Position numbers and translations under genes: made by a program. A DNA stretch of 64,000 nucleotides, from NCBI RefSeq assembly GCF_006345805.1, contig NC_043019.1, positions 26,659,360 to 26,723,359 of the forward strand, given 5' to 3'. Positions within the stretch are counted from its first letter, which is position 1; the number at the start of each line of letters is the position of its first letter. The stretch is from Octopus sinensis. Its lineage: Eukaryota. This document shows positions 1 through 9,595 of the stretch, one piece after another. The notes below the pieces were generated by a model. It worked only from the letters and a program-made list of their open reading frames with translations. It did no database searches and was not told the origin of the DNA.

Positions 1-290
1 TTAAAGTCATGTGAAAAATTTGAATGTTTGAAGAATAATGTGAACGTTTAAAGAATAATGTGAATGCTTAAAGTTTAAAGTCATGTGAATAATGCGAATG
101 CTTAAAGAATAATGTAAATGCTTAAAGAATAATGTAAATGCTTAGTCATGTGAAAAATTTGAATGTTTAAAGAATAATGTGAATGCTTAAAGAATAATGT
201 AAATGCTTAAAGAATAATGTAAATGCTTAGTCATGTGAAAAATTTAAATGTTTAAAGAATAATGTGAATGCTTAAAGTTTAAAGTCATTA
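1..290. repeat. Degenerate ~20-bp minisatellite (TTAAAGAATAATGTGAATGC and variants)
   Basis: Unit recurs many times, interleaved with an AGTCATGTGAAAAATTTGAATG variant. Confidence 0.85.
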
Positions 291-386
291 GTCTACCCCT
301 GACCTTCTGAGACAATGTTAAGAAACAAAAATGATATAAAACAAAGCAAAATGTGGTCAATTAAAGATAATTTCTGATATTTTCAG

Positions 387-534
387 AGCTGGTATGCTGT
401 CGAAGGAAATACCATTTAAATTGCTGGAATACCTGGAAAATGAGAAAGACGACATCCCTTTGAGTGCGATTGTCACTGAAACTGACTTTCTTAGGAATCT
501 TTTGAGAAAGAAACCAATCTTTGGATTATTTCAG
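387..534 (+). CDS. M1 aminopeptidase (APN-like) internal exon A: (R)AGMLSKEIPFKLLEYLENEKDDIPLSAIVTETDFLRNLLRKKPIFGLFQ
   Basis: tttcag acceptor, CAG|gtaatc donor; resembles the 'LARAG..Y...LxYLxxExDYVPW' start of the ERAP1_C-type domain. Upstream exons lie outside the window. Confidence 0.88.
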
Positions 535-758
535 GTAATCTGTCTTCCATTTTTTAAAATTTATATTCATGTATGTATGTGTACATAGGAAAAGGTTGCC
601 AATGACTTTGAAGTTGTAGCTTGTTTGCCTCCATCAATATCTACTCTTGCAACAAGTATTGAGAAATGCTTCGGCCTAGCATTAAATTGTTCTCATATAT
701 AACTTAGAAAACACACACACACACACACACCTATACATACATACATAAATATATAATA

Positions 759-930
759 GGCATAGGAGTGGCTGTGTGGTCAGTAGGTTGCTTACCAACC
801 ACATGGTTCCGGGTTCAGTCCCACTGCATGACACCTTGGGCAAGTGTCTTCAGGCCAACTCAAGCCTTGTGAGTGGATTTGGTAGATGGAAACTGAAAGA
901 AGCCTGACATATATATATATATATATATAT
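759..930 (+). mobile_element. SINE family B (tRNA head + CORE-like), 5' half; split by the PLE insertion
   Basis: GTGGCTGTGTGGT..GGGTTCAGTCCC A/B-box-like head; CTTGGGCAAGTGTCTT core; continues at 5354. Confidence 0.85.
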
Positions 931-1108
931 AATAAATATTAGGGAATATATCCAAATTTACAGGGAAAAAAATCAGATTTAGGATTAAATCCAATTTTAT
1001 AGTAAAATATTATAAAATATTATTTGAGACAAAACCACTATTTTGCAAAACAAACAAGGAAAGACTTAATCAATACATAAAATTTAATAAATAGTCAAAA
1101 AAAAACCG

Positions 1109-1151
1109 CCACTACAATCGTTTCTTGTCTTGATCGACAATCTTCAGGTGG
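1109..1151 (-). ncRNA. Minimal type-I hammerhead ribozyme motif (left pLTR arm)
   Basis: On -: CCAC-CUGAAGA-UUGUC-gaucaa-GACAA-GAAA-C-gauu-G-UA|GUGG; intact core, 5-bp stem II, 4-bp stem I, GUA cleavage triplet. Confidence 0.8.
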
Positions 1152-1529
1152 ACTTCCAATCTAAAAAATCAAAATTTTAAAATATAAAAATAATACTTTT
1201 AAATAATTAAAGTATAAATGAAAAAATATAAGTATATAATCCATATATAACCTATATATAATCCATATCGAAAATATAGACTAATTACCACGAATTCCCT
1301 AAAAAAAAACCATATAAAACAAAACTCTTAAAAACATATAACGATAAAATCTCCCAAATAAGAATAATATAAATAAAAATAAATTTAATAATTATTATAA
1401 TAATTATATTGATAAATTTAATAATATTAATAATTCCTTAAATGCTGTACATAGATATAATTCTGATAATAATTTTAATAAAAAAAGAATTATAAATATA
1501 TTTATAATAATGATAATAATAATAAGGTT

Positions 1530-2245
1530 AATAAGAATAAAATTTGGTTAATAGTTCCTTATGGAGATCAAGTTAAAACGAATATTATTAAAGAGATTTT
1601 AGATGTTATAGAACTATTTATTAGAGATAATCGTAAATATAGAAACATTTTCTCTTTTAATAATTTTGGAGTTGGTTACTCTACCACTAATAATATTGGT
1701 AACATTATTCTTCATTTAATAAATATAAACTGAATAATTTTTATAAAAAGAAATTATTTGATAATAATATTAATAATGATAAGACTTATATTAATTGTAC
1801 ATGTAGAGATAAATCTAATTGTATATTAAATAATAATTGTGATATTAACGATGTAGTGTATAAATGTATAGTTACATTACATGATTATAACTTTAAGAAT
1901 AATAATTACACAAAAGCGGTTTATATAGGTTCTACTTCCTCAAAAATAAAACTAAGAATTGCACAACATATGAATTCTTTTAAAAATAAAAATTAATCAA
2001 CTCAACCGGACTTAGTAAGTATATTTGGAGTCTTAAATCACTAAATATTAATTATAGTTTAATATGGGAAATAATTTGTAAAACTAAATCATATTATAGG
2101 AGCTAATTGTTGTTATTTATGCTCTAATGAGTTTAAAGAAATTTTATTTTATAAGTATGATAATTTACTTAATACTGGGGAGGAGCGCAAAATAAAATGT
2201 AGACACAAGTTACTTTACTTATATAATAAGTTTCATGATAAATAG
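1530..2245 (+). pseudogene. Degenerate Penelope-like ORF C-terminus (RT-EN linker, Cys motif, GIY-YIG endonuclease)
   Basis: Manual translation across frameshifts: KIWLIVPYGDQVKTNIIKEILDVIE..KYRNIFSFNNFGVGYSTTNNIGNII..NCTCRDKSNCILNNNCDINDVVYKCIV..AVYIGSTSSKIKLRIAQHMNSFKN..NSTGLSKYIWSLK..YSLIWEIICKTKSY..GANCCYLCSNE..LLNTGEERKIKCRHK..* (TAG 2243-2245). Confidence 0.85.
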
Positions 2246-2789
2246 CAATAATAGTCCCCTTTTAGGTTATTTTAGTTTAGTTTAAATTAGTTTAGATGAT
2301 ATATATTTTTGTTATGTTGTCTAGGATTTAATTATAGTTAGTCTTTATTGATATTTCTTTGTTTTAATTAGTTCATTTTTAATGTATATTAATTTAGCAG
2401 TTTATGGTACGTTAAAACTTTAATAATTTATATTAGATTTTTTTATTTTTTTATTTTTATTTTTATTTATTTTATTTTATTATATTTTATTTTGCATTTG
2501 TTATATGTATTTTGAGGATATATTTATATGGTTTTGGGTGTTATTTAGTGGTGTTTTTATTGAGTTTTGTATGTATGTGTGAATGTTTAAGATCCCTTTG
2601 TTTTTTGTTTTTTATTTGTATGTTGAATTGACAGATTTTATTTGGGTATTGTCTTTTATAATAAAGTACACACCCATAACAATTATAAGTGCCCACTTCA
2701 TTCGTTGTACTTGGGTTTGCATGTGAGCCTCAGCATATGCACCTAACGGCCACTCCAGCCCCACATGGATAAAAAAACACATACATCCC

Positions 2790-2865
<76 letters not shown>

Positions 2866-5215
2866 AGTAATCCCATTCACACCAATTATATGTATACAAT
2901 TATACACACTTGAATAATACATACTAGCCCTAATATACTGAACATACTAATAATCACCAACTAACCACCATCACAAATGAAACCCACACCCATACTATGA
3001 CAAAACCCCCATACCCTATTTACACCTACATAGTAATCCCAATATATTCTTCCATACATGGACGCAAGTGCGTGAAGCACATGAACATAATTAGTACGTA
3101 CAACCCCTAATACACACTAATATATACGTATCAAGCTCGACCTCCACAGTGATAAGTTTACACACAATCACACCCAGATGGGTGAATTGCACAACCAGTG
3201 AATGCTCACACATACGGGGCGATTACATTGTTGCATATATCGAGCCAAAATAGTATGCATATGTACATGTGAGGGGTACACGTAAATGAAGTGAGCGTGT
3301 ACCCCCTGTATTTATACCCGTGCGTGAATATACACATGGAGACTACCACACAGGTACAAATGTGTGTTTAGATTGGGAACCCCATCACTACACTTAATGT
3401 ATACTCTCACCCATCCGCACGGATGTGTAAGTGTATCTCCGGTGTATATGTTGAGGCTTATATGTAGAGTTGTTGAAGTGAACGTCGTTGAAATTGTGAA
3501 TGAATGGGTAGAGTTGGGAATTGTAACCGGGTGGTGGACTAGTGTTGTTTGGAATTGTGAATGGATTAGGGTGGTAATGAGGTAGGCATTGAGTATGGGT
3601 TACTGTAAGTTGTTTGTTAGAGTTGCTAGGGTGAGCTAAAGCTCATAATGTATATAATTGATTTTTCATGATAGTTTTTAAAGAATCCATTCATAATAAA
3701 TTTTTTTTAAGTAGCGTTGATTTGCTACGTGGAAATAGTTTTTAGTTCCATTTATTATATTCTCCATTCATACTATGAATGACGTTTACTTTCTATGGCG
3801 CGTATTATTTTTTTTACATTAGTTATTTCCATGGTAACGTAATTTTGTTTGGTTTTTTAACGGCTAAAAATCTAATTTCACTTCATAATTTGTAACTGAA
3901 TTGTAAGTATGTATTTGATTTATCCTTATGTCATAATGTTATTTTTGATATTCTGGTTAATTACGATGTATTTATTGTTGTTTTCATAAGAGTGTTTATG
4001 TATATGAGATTGGTTGTGAGTTTTTAATTGTATAATTAATTTATTTATCTGTATGAGTGTGGGTGTAAATATTGTTGTATATATCGAGTTTTAGTGAGTA
4101 TGTATATGCGTATATGTGAGGGAGCATATGTATCTGTTGTGTGTGTGTGTTTTGCGTGTGTGTGTTTGTGTGTGAATGTGTATTGGGTTTGTTATTTAGG
4201 ATTTGGGATGTAGTGTTAATTTGTCTGTGTGGGGAGGGAGTGGTTTTTGGTGTATATTGAGGTTTATAAGTTAGTATAGGTTTGTGTATAAGTCTTGGGT
4301 CTGTGGTTTACGTGTGGGTTTTTTGTGTGTGAATGTTTAGGTTAGGGGGATTGCTATATAAGTTGTTATAGGGTTAGCAAAGGGAGATTTTATCGTTATA
4401 TGCTTTTATGAGTTTTGGTTTATCATGGTTTTTTTTAGGTAATTTGTGGTATTTTGTATATTTTAGGTGTTGTTATTTTTTTACATTGTTTCATTCATAA
4501 TTTTTGAGTGGTGTGTTCGTTTTGCCACGTGAATAACCGGGTGGTGGACTAGCGTTGCTTGGAATGTGAATGAATAGTGTAGTAGTGAGGTAGGCATAGA
4601 GAATGGGATTGGGTTACTGCAAGTTGTTTGTTAGAGATGCTAAGGTGAGTTAAAGCTCATAAATGTATATAATGTTTTTTGTGGGTGTGTGTAAGTATTG
4701 TTGTATATGTCGAGTTTAGTGAGTATGTATAGGCGTATATGTGAGGGAGTATATGTATTTTGTGTGTGAGTGTTTTGCGTGTGAGTGTGTGTTTTGTGTG
4801 TGAATGTGTATATGGGTTTGTTATTAGGTTTTGGGATGTATGTGTTAATTTGTCTGTGTGGGGAGGGAGTGGGTTTTGGTGTATATTGAGGTTTATAAGT
4901 TAGTATAGGTATGTGTATAAGTCGTGAGTTTGTGGTTTACGTGTGTGTATTTGTGTGTGTGTGATGTTTAGGTTAGGGGGTTTACTTTATAGGTTTGTTA
5001 TAGAGTTTAGTAAAGGAGATTTTATCGTTTATGTTTTTTAAGAGTTTTGTTTTATATGGTTTTTTTTTAGGGAATTCGTGGTAATTAGTCTATATTTTCG
5101 ATATGGATTTATATAGGTTATATATGGATTATATACTTATATTTTTTCATTTATACTTTAATTATTTAAAAGTATTATTTTTATATTTTAAAATTTTGAT
5201 TTTTTAGATGGAAGT

Positions 5216-5258
5216 CCACCTGAAGATTGTCGATCAAGACAAGAAATGATTGTAGTGG
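5216..5258 (+). ncRNA. Minimal type-I hammerhead ribozyme motif (right pLTR arm)
   Basis: Same as the left copy except stem III C->T (GAAATGATTGTA), leaving a U-G wobble. Confidence 0.75.
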
Positions 5259-5353
5259 CGGTTTTTTTGACTATTTATTAAATTTTATATATTGATTAAG
5301 TCTTTCCTTGTTTGTTTTGCAAAATAGTGGTTTTGTCTCAAATAATATTTTAT

Positions 5354-5600
5354 ATATATATATATATATACACATTTTTGTATGTATGTATTTGTTATTT
5401 GTGTGTGTTTGTTGCCCCACAATCACTTGACAACCGATGTTGGTGTGCTAATATCCCTGTAACTTAGCGGTTCGGCAAAAAGAGACTGATAGAATAAGTA
5501 CTAGGCTTACAAAGAATAAGTCCTGGGGTTGATTTGTTCGACTAAAGGCAATGCTCCAGCATGGCCACAGTTGAATGTTTGAAACAAGTAAAAGAAGAAA
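5354..5600 (+). mobile_element. SINE family B, 3' half
   Basis: CTTGACAACCGATG..GATAGAATAAGTACT..GAAACAAGTAAAAG, as in intact copies (e.g. 46194-46597). Confidence 0.85.
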
Positions 5601-5629
5601 AAAATAATATATATATGTATATAAATATA

Positions 5630-5941
5630 TATCACGTGATCACGTGACCGACCAGGCTATCAGATGTTGCTACACATCGCTGGTCACAATGCGCTTCGCA
5701 TTGTTTTTTAGCCTTCGATGACGTCACCCCGCTGGCTTAGCGAGCAGGCCAACTAGAAGAAAGAGTGAGAAAGTTGTGGTGAAAGAGTACAACAGGGATC
5801 ACCACCACCCCCTGTTGGAGCCTCGTGGAGCTTTAGGTGTTTTCGCTCAATAAACACTCACAAAGCCCGGTCTGGGAATCGAAACTGCGATCCTAAGACC
5901 ACGAGTCCACTGCCTTAACCACTGGGCCATTGCGCCTCCAC
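5630..5941 (-). mobile_element. SINE family C (GTGGAGGCGCAATGGCCCAGTGG tRNA head) with a CACGTGAT-ending tail
   Basis: Head and body shared with 8226-8605; different 3' tail. Confidence 0.8.
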
Positions 5942-6311
5942 TTATATATATATATATATATACACACACACGTACATATGCTGTCTGTCTGAGTGAGAAG
6001 AGTGTGAGGGTGATAAAGGTGAGGGAGTAATGAAATGATATATAGATATATAGCATCATTCATTAACTCCTTGTCCCCTAGAATGACGCTGACTCCTCGT
6101 TCCCCTTGTGTTTACTCTCCTATAAGCTGCACGACAACTTTACTACAGCCGGTAGCATGCAGAAAGCACCTGGTACATGTTGTAAAGGGGTTGATATTAG
6201 GAAGGGCATCTGCCTGTTGAAACAATACCAAACCAGACCCTAAAACTCAAAGTGGGCCTTGGACCTAGCAGATCCTGTCAAACCATCCAACATGTAAAAT
6301 GATCATTATTA

Positions 6312-6888
6312 ACATTATTTACAATTTTTTACATTTGACGGATATTTGCCCTCATCTTGTTTGTTGTTAATATGCCCACGGGCATATGGCATAGTGATGA
6401 AGAACACAAGGTACTAACCCCAAGATTCCGAGTTCGATTCCAAGCAGTGACCTGAATAACAATAGTAATAATAATAATAATAACATCAAAAAATACCTTA
6501 AGAATGAGATCCCAGGTTTGAAATTTCCCCCAAGACACCTATTTTTTTTACTACCCACAAGGGGCTAAACACAGAGAGGACAACCAAGGACAGACAAACG
6601 GATTAAGTCGATTACATCGACCCCAGTGCGTAACTGGTACTTATTTAATCGACCCCCGAAAGGATGAAAGGCAAAGTCGACCTCGGCGGAATTTGAACTC
6701 AGAACGTAACGGCAGACGAAACACGGCTACACATTTCGCCCGGCGTGCTAACGGTTCTGCCAGCTCGCCGCCTTAATTTCCCCCAAGACACCTGATGAAG
6801 GTTGGAGTGTATATCAGCCAAAATGTTGTGTTAACAACAAACAAGATGAGGACAAATATCCATCAAATGTAAGTAATGTAAATAATGT
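6312..6888 (+). mobile_element. tRNA-headed, hammerhead-bearing element with ~58-bp terminal inversion; interrupted by a SINE A
   Basis: Arms 6312-6370 and 6831-6888; A-box 6387-6397, B-box GAGTTCGATTCC 6430-6441; decayed hammerhead 6788-6831. Confidence 0.7.
6541..6774 (-). mobile_element. SINE family A (GGCGGCGAGCTGGCAGAA head, GAGTTCAAATTCC B-box) with 19-bp TSD
   Basis: AATTTCCCCCAAGACACCT at 6522-6540 and 6775-6793. Confidence 0.92.
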
Positions 6889-7216
6889 AGATAATTCCTC
6901 ATCTCTTAGATATGGAATTGTATTATATTAAACAAACTGCCGGCATTGGTTGTTAGTTTCGGAACACTGCATCCTTCAAAACTTCCATGCTTCCTGAGAT
7001 TCGCCAACACTACACCTGATTTTCTCCCCTCCATACACACACAAGCATGTATCTGACTCGTACATTGTTCGCTTTCCAGACATTTCTACATTACTGCATG
7101 TACTTTATATGCACTTTCTGACAAGTTGTGGTGCACCTGAGCACTGTATACAATAATTTCATTATTATCATTATTATAAATGATGATGACGCTATATTTA
7201 AACATTTTATTTCCAG

Positions 7217-7272
7217 GATTTCATGAGAAGCAAGTTGCGAGACACCTATTATCGCTTACGATACAGCGACAA
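7217..7272 (+). CDS. M1 aminopeptidase exon B: DFMRSKLRDTYYRLRYSD(N)
   Basis: ttccag acceptor, gtaagt donor; phase 0 to 2 links exons A and C in frame. Confidence 0.8.
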
Positions 7273-7621
7273 GTAAGTAAAATTAGGATTAGCTTGTTAA
7301 TCAGGTATTTTCACTTGTGTTCTTGTTTCGTTATGGAAGATTTGCAAACGAACATTAATTTTTTGAAACCCAGGAATTAGATAGTTTAACCAAATCTTTT
7401 GATTTCTTTTCGTCGTCATCGTCGTTGTCGTCATCGGTGTCGGTGGCAGCGTCGGCGTTGTCGTCATCACTGTCTCTGCCGTTGGCAGCAGCGTCATCAT
7501 CATCATCATCATCATTATTAGGGCAGCAAGCTGGCAGAATCGTTAGCATGCCAGGCGAAATGCTTAGTGGCATTTTGTCTGCAGCTATGTCCTGAGTTCA
7601 AATTTCTGCCTGTATCACTGC

Positions 7622-7754
7622 TTCTCTCTCTCTCTCTCTCTCTCTAATGATATTTTCTCTCTCTCTAATGATATTTTCTCTCTCTCTCTCTCTAATATTT
7701 TCTGTCTGTCTCATTGCTTCTCTCTCTCTCTCTACACTTCTCTTTTTCTCTACT

Positions 7755-7786
<32 letters not shown>

Positions 7787-8010
7787 CTCTGATATTTTCT
7801 GTTTGTCTCACTGCTTCTCTCTCTCTGTCTCTCTGATATTTTTTGTCTGTCTCACTGCTTCTCTCTCTCTCTCTACTTCTCTCTTTCTCTACTTCTCTCT
7901 CTCTCTGCTTCTCTCTCTCTCTCTCTGATGATAATTTCTGTCTGTCTCATTGCTTCTCTCTCTCTCTCTTTCTCATGATATTTTCTGTCTCTCTCTCTGC
8001 TTTTCTCTCT
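7622..8010. repeat. Compound (CT)n microsatellite with recurring GATATTTTCTGTCTGTCTCA motif
   Basis: Direct reading. Confidence 0.85.
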
Positions 8011-8059
8011 CTCCTCTCTTTCTCATATTACAAACCATGTTCATCATTGATATTTCCAG

Positions 8060-8179
8060 TAAAGTTTACGTAACAGCATTTGCAGCTGCCTGTGAATATG
8101 GTCTTCCACAATGCATAGACGATGCTAAACAACACTTTGAAAGCTGGAAGAAGGCATTCAAAAACAGACAGCAAAATCC
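8060..8179 (+). CDS. M1 aminopeptidase exon C: KVYVTAFAAACEYGLPQCIDDAKQHFESWKKAFKNRQQN(P)
   Basis: ttccag/gtaagt; 'AC.YG...C...A...F..W' pattern of the APN C-terminal domain; phase 2 to 2. Confidence 0.9.
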
Positions 8180-8225
8180 GTAAGTGGACGTGATTTTTCT
8201 ATTTCAACAACGTACAATGCTTGAG

Positions 8226-8605
8226 TGGAGGCGCAATGGCCCAGTGGTTAGGGCAGCGGACTCGCGGTTGTAGGATCGCAGTTTTGATTCCCAGACCGGG
8301 CGTTGTGAGTGTTTATTGAGTGAAAACACCTAAAGCTCCACGAGGCTCTGGCAGGGGATGATGGTGATCCCTGCTGTACTCTTTCACCACAACTTTCTCT
8401 CACTCTTACTTCCTGTTTCTGTTGTACCTGTATTTCAAAGGGCCGGCCTTGTCACTCTCTGTGTCACGCTGAATATCCCCGAGAACTACGTTAAGGGTAC
8501 ACGTGTCTGTGGAGTGCTCAGCCACTTACACGTTAATTTCATGAGCAGGCTGTTCCGTTGATCGGATCAACTGGAACCCTCATCGTCGTAACCGACGGAG
8601 TGCTT
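8226..8605 (+). mobile_element. SINE family C, full-length
   Basis: tRNA head; body shared with 44950-45270 (variant head) and 15830-16030. Confidence 0.85.
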
Positions 8606-8924
8606 CTACAATGCTTGAAACCTACCATCACATTATGAGATAATTGGCCTTAGTTTGGGTTACAGGTTTGACAAGTAATGTAAAATTGCTCAAGAACACA
8701 ACACACAATCTGGTCTGGGAATAATACTCACAACCTCATGATTGTAAGCATGATGCTCTAACCACTGAACCACGCGCTTTCACACACACACACACACACA
8801 CATACACATGCACGCACACACACACACAAGCATGCATGCACACACACACACAAGCATGCATGCACACACACACACAAGCATGTATGCACACACACACACA
8901 CACACACACACGAATACCTTGGTG

Positions 8925-9145
8925 TATTCTTTTATTTGTTTCAGTCGTTTGACTGTGGCCATGCTGGAGCACTGCCTTCAGTCGAGCAAAATCGACCCCA
9001 GGACCTATTCTTTGTAAGCCTAGTACTTATTCTATCGGTTCCTTTTTGCCAAACCGCTAAGTTACAGGGACATAAACACACCAGCATCGGTTGCCGAACA
9101 ATGTTGTGGGGACAAACACAAACATACATATATATACATACATAT

Positions 9146-9192
<47 letters not shown>

Positions 9193-9354
9193 ACGGGTTT
9201 CTTTCAGTTTCTGTCTGCCAAATCCACTCACTAGGTTTTGGTCAGCCTGAGGCTTATAGTAGAAGACACTAGCTGAAAGTGCCATGCAGTGGGACTGAAC
9301 CCAGAACCATGTGGTTGGTAAGCAAGCTACTTACCACCCAGCCAATCCTGCACC
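8925..9354 (-). mobile_element. SINE family B, full-length
   Basis: Reverse complement of the family B consensus with an internal (CA)/(TA) tract. Confidence 0.88.
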
Positions 9355-9424
9355 TTGAAAATAAATATTAAGTACTTTTTCCCACGTGGAGCCATTTTTA
9401 ATAGTTGAATTATTTGTTGTTCAG

Positions 9425-9595
9425 TATAATGGTAGCTGATATACGGACCACATGCTACTGTGTCGGTATCCACTATGGCACAAAGGAAGACTGGAACATG
9501 GTCTACCAAAATTATCTCCATGTCATCGATGTTGCTGAGAAGAAGCGTTTGCTCTATTCCTTGTCCTGCACCACACAGCTTTGGTTGCTAGAAAA
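9425..9595 (+). CDS. M1 aminopeptidase exon D: IMVADIRTTCYCVGIHYGTKEDWNMVYQNYLHVIDVAEKKRLLYSLSCTTQLWLLE(K)
   Basis: ttcag/gtaagt; matches 'D+R..VYC..I..G...W....Y......EK..LL.AL.C....WLL'. Confidence 0.93.

Larger units (their letters stand above)
931..5353 (+). mobile_element. 5'-truncated Penelope-like retroelement with inverted pseudo-LTR arms (1012-1355 vs 5015-5353)
   Basis: Near-identical ~340-bp inverted arms, GIY-YIG ORF remnant, a hammerhead motif in each arm; inserted into the (TA)n tract of a SINE whose halves lie at 759-930 and 5354-5600. Confidence 0.85.

Noticed and set aside
2650-3500. Mitochondrial control-region NUMT, suggested by strand skew and the poly(A) tract
   Set aside because: No mitochondrial tRNA or gene fragment recognised, and faint similarity to the neighbouring PLE 3' repeats. 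A blastn against the mitogenome would settle it.
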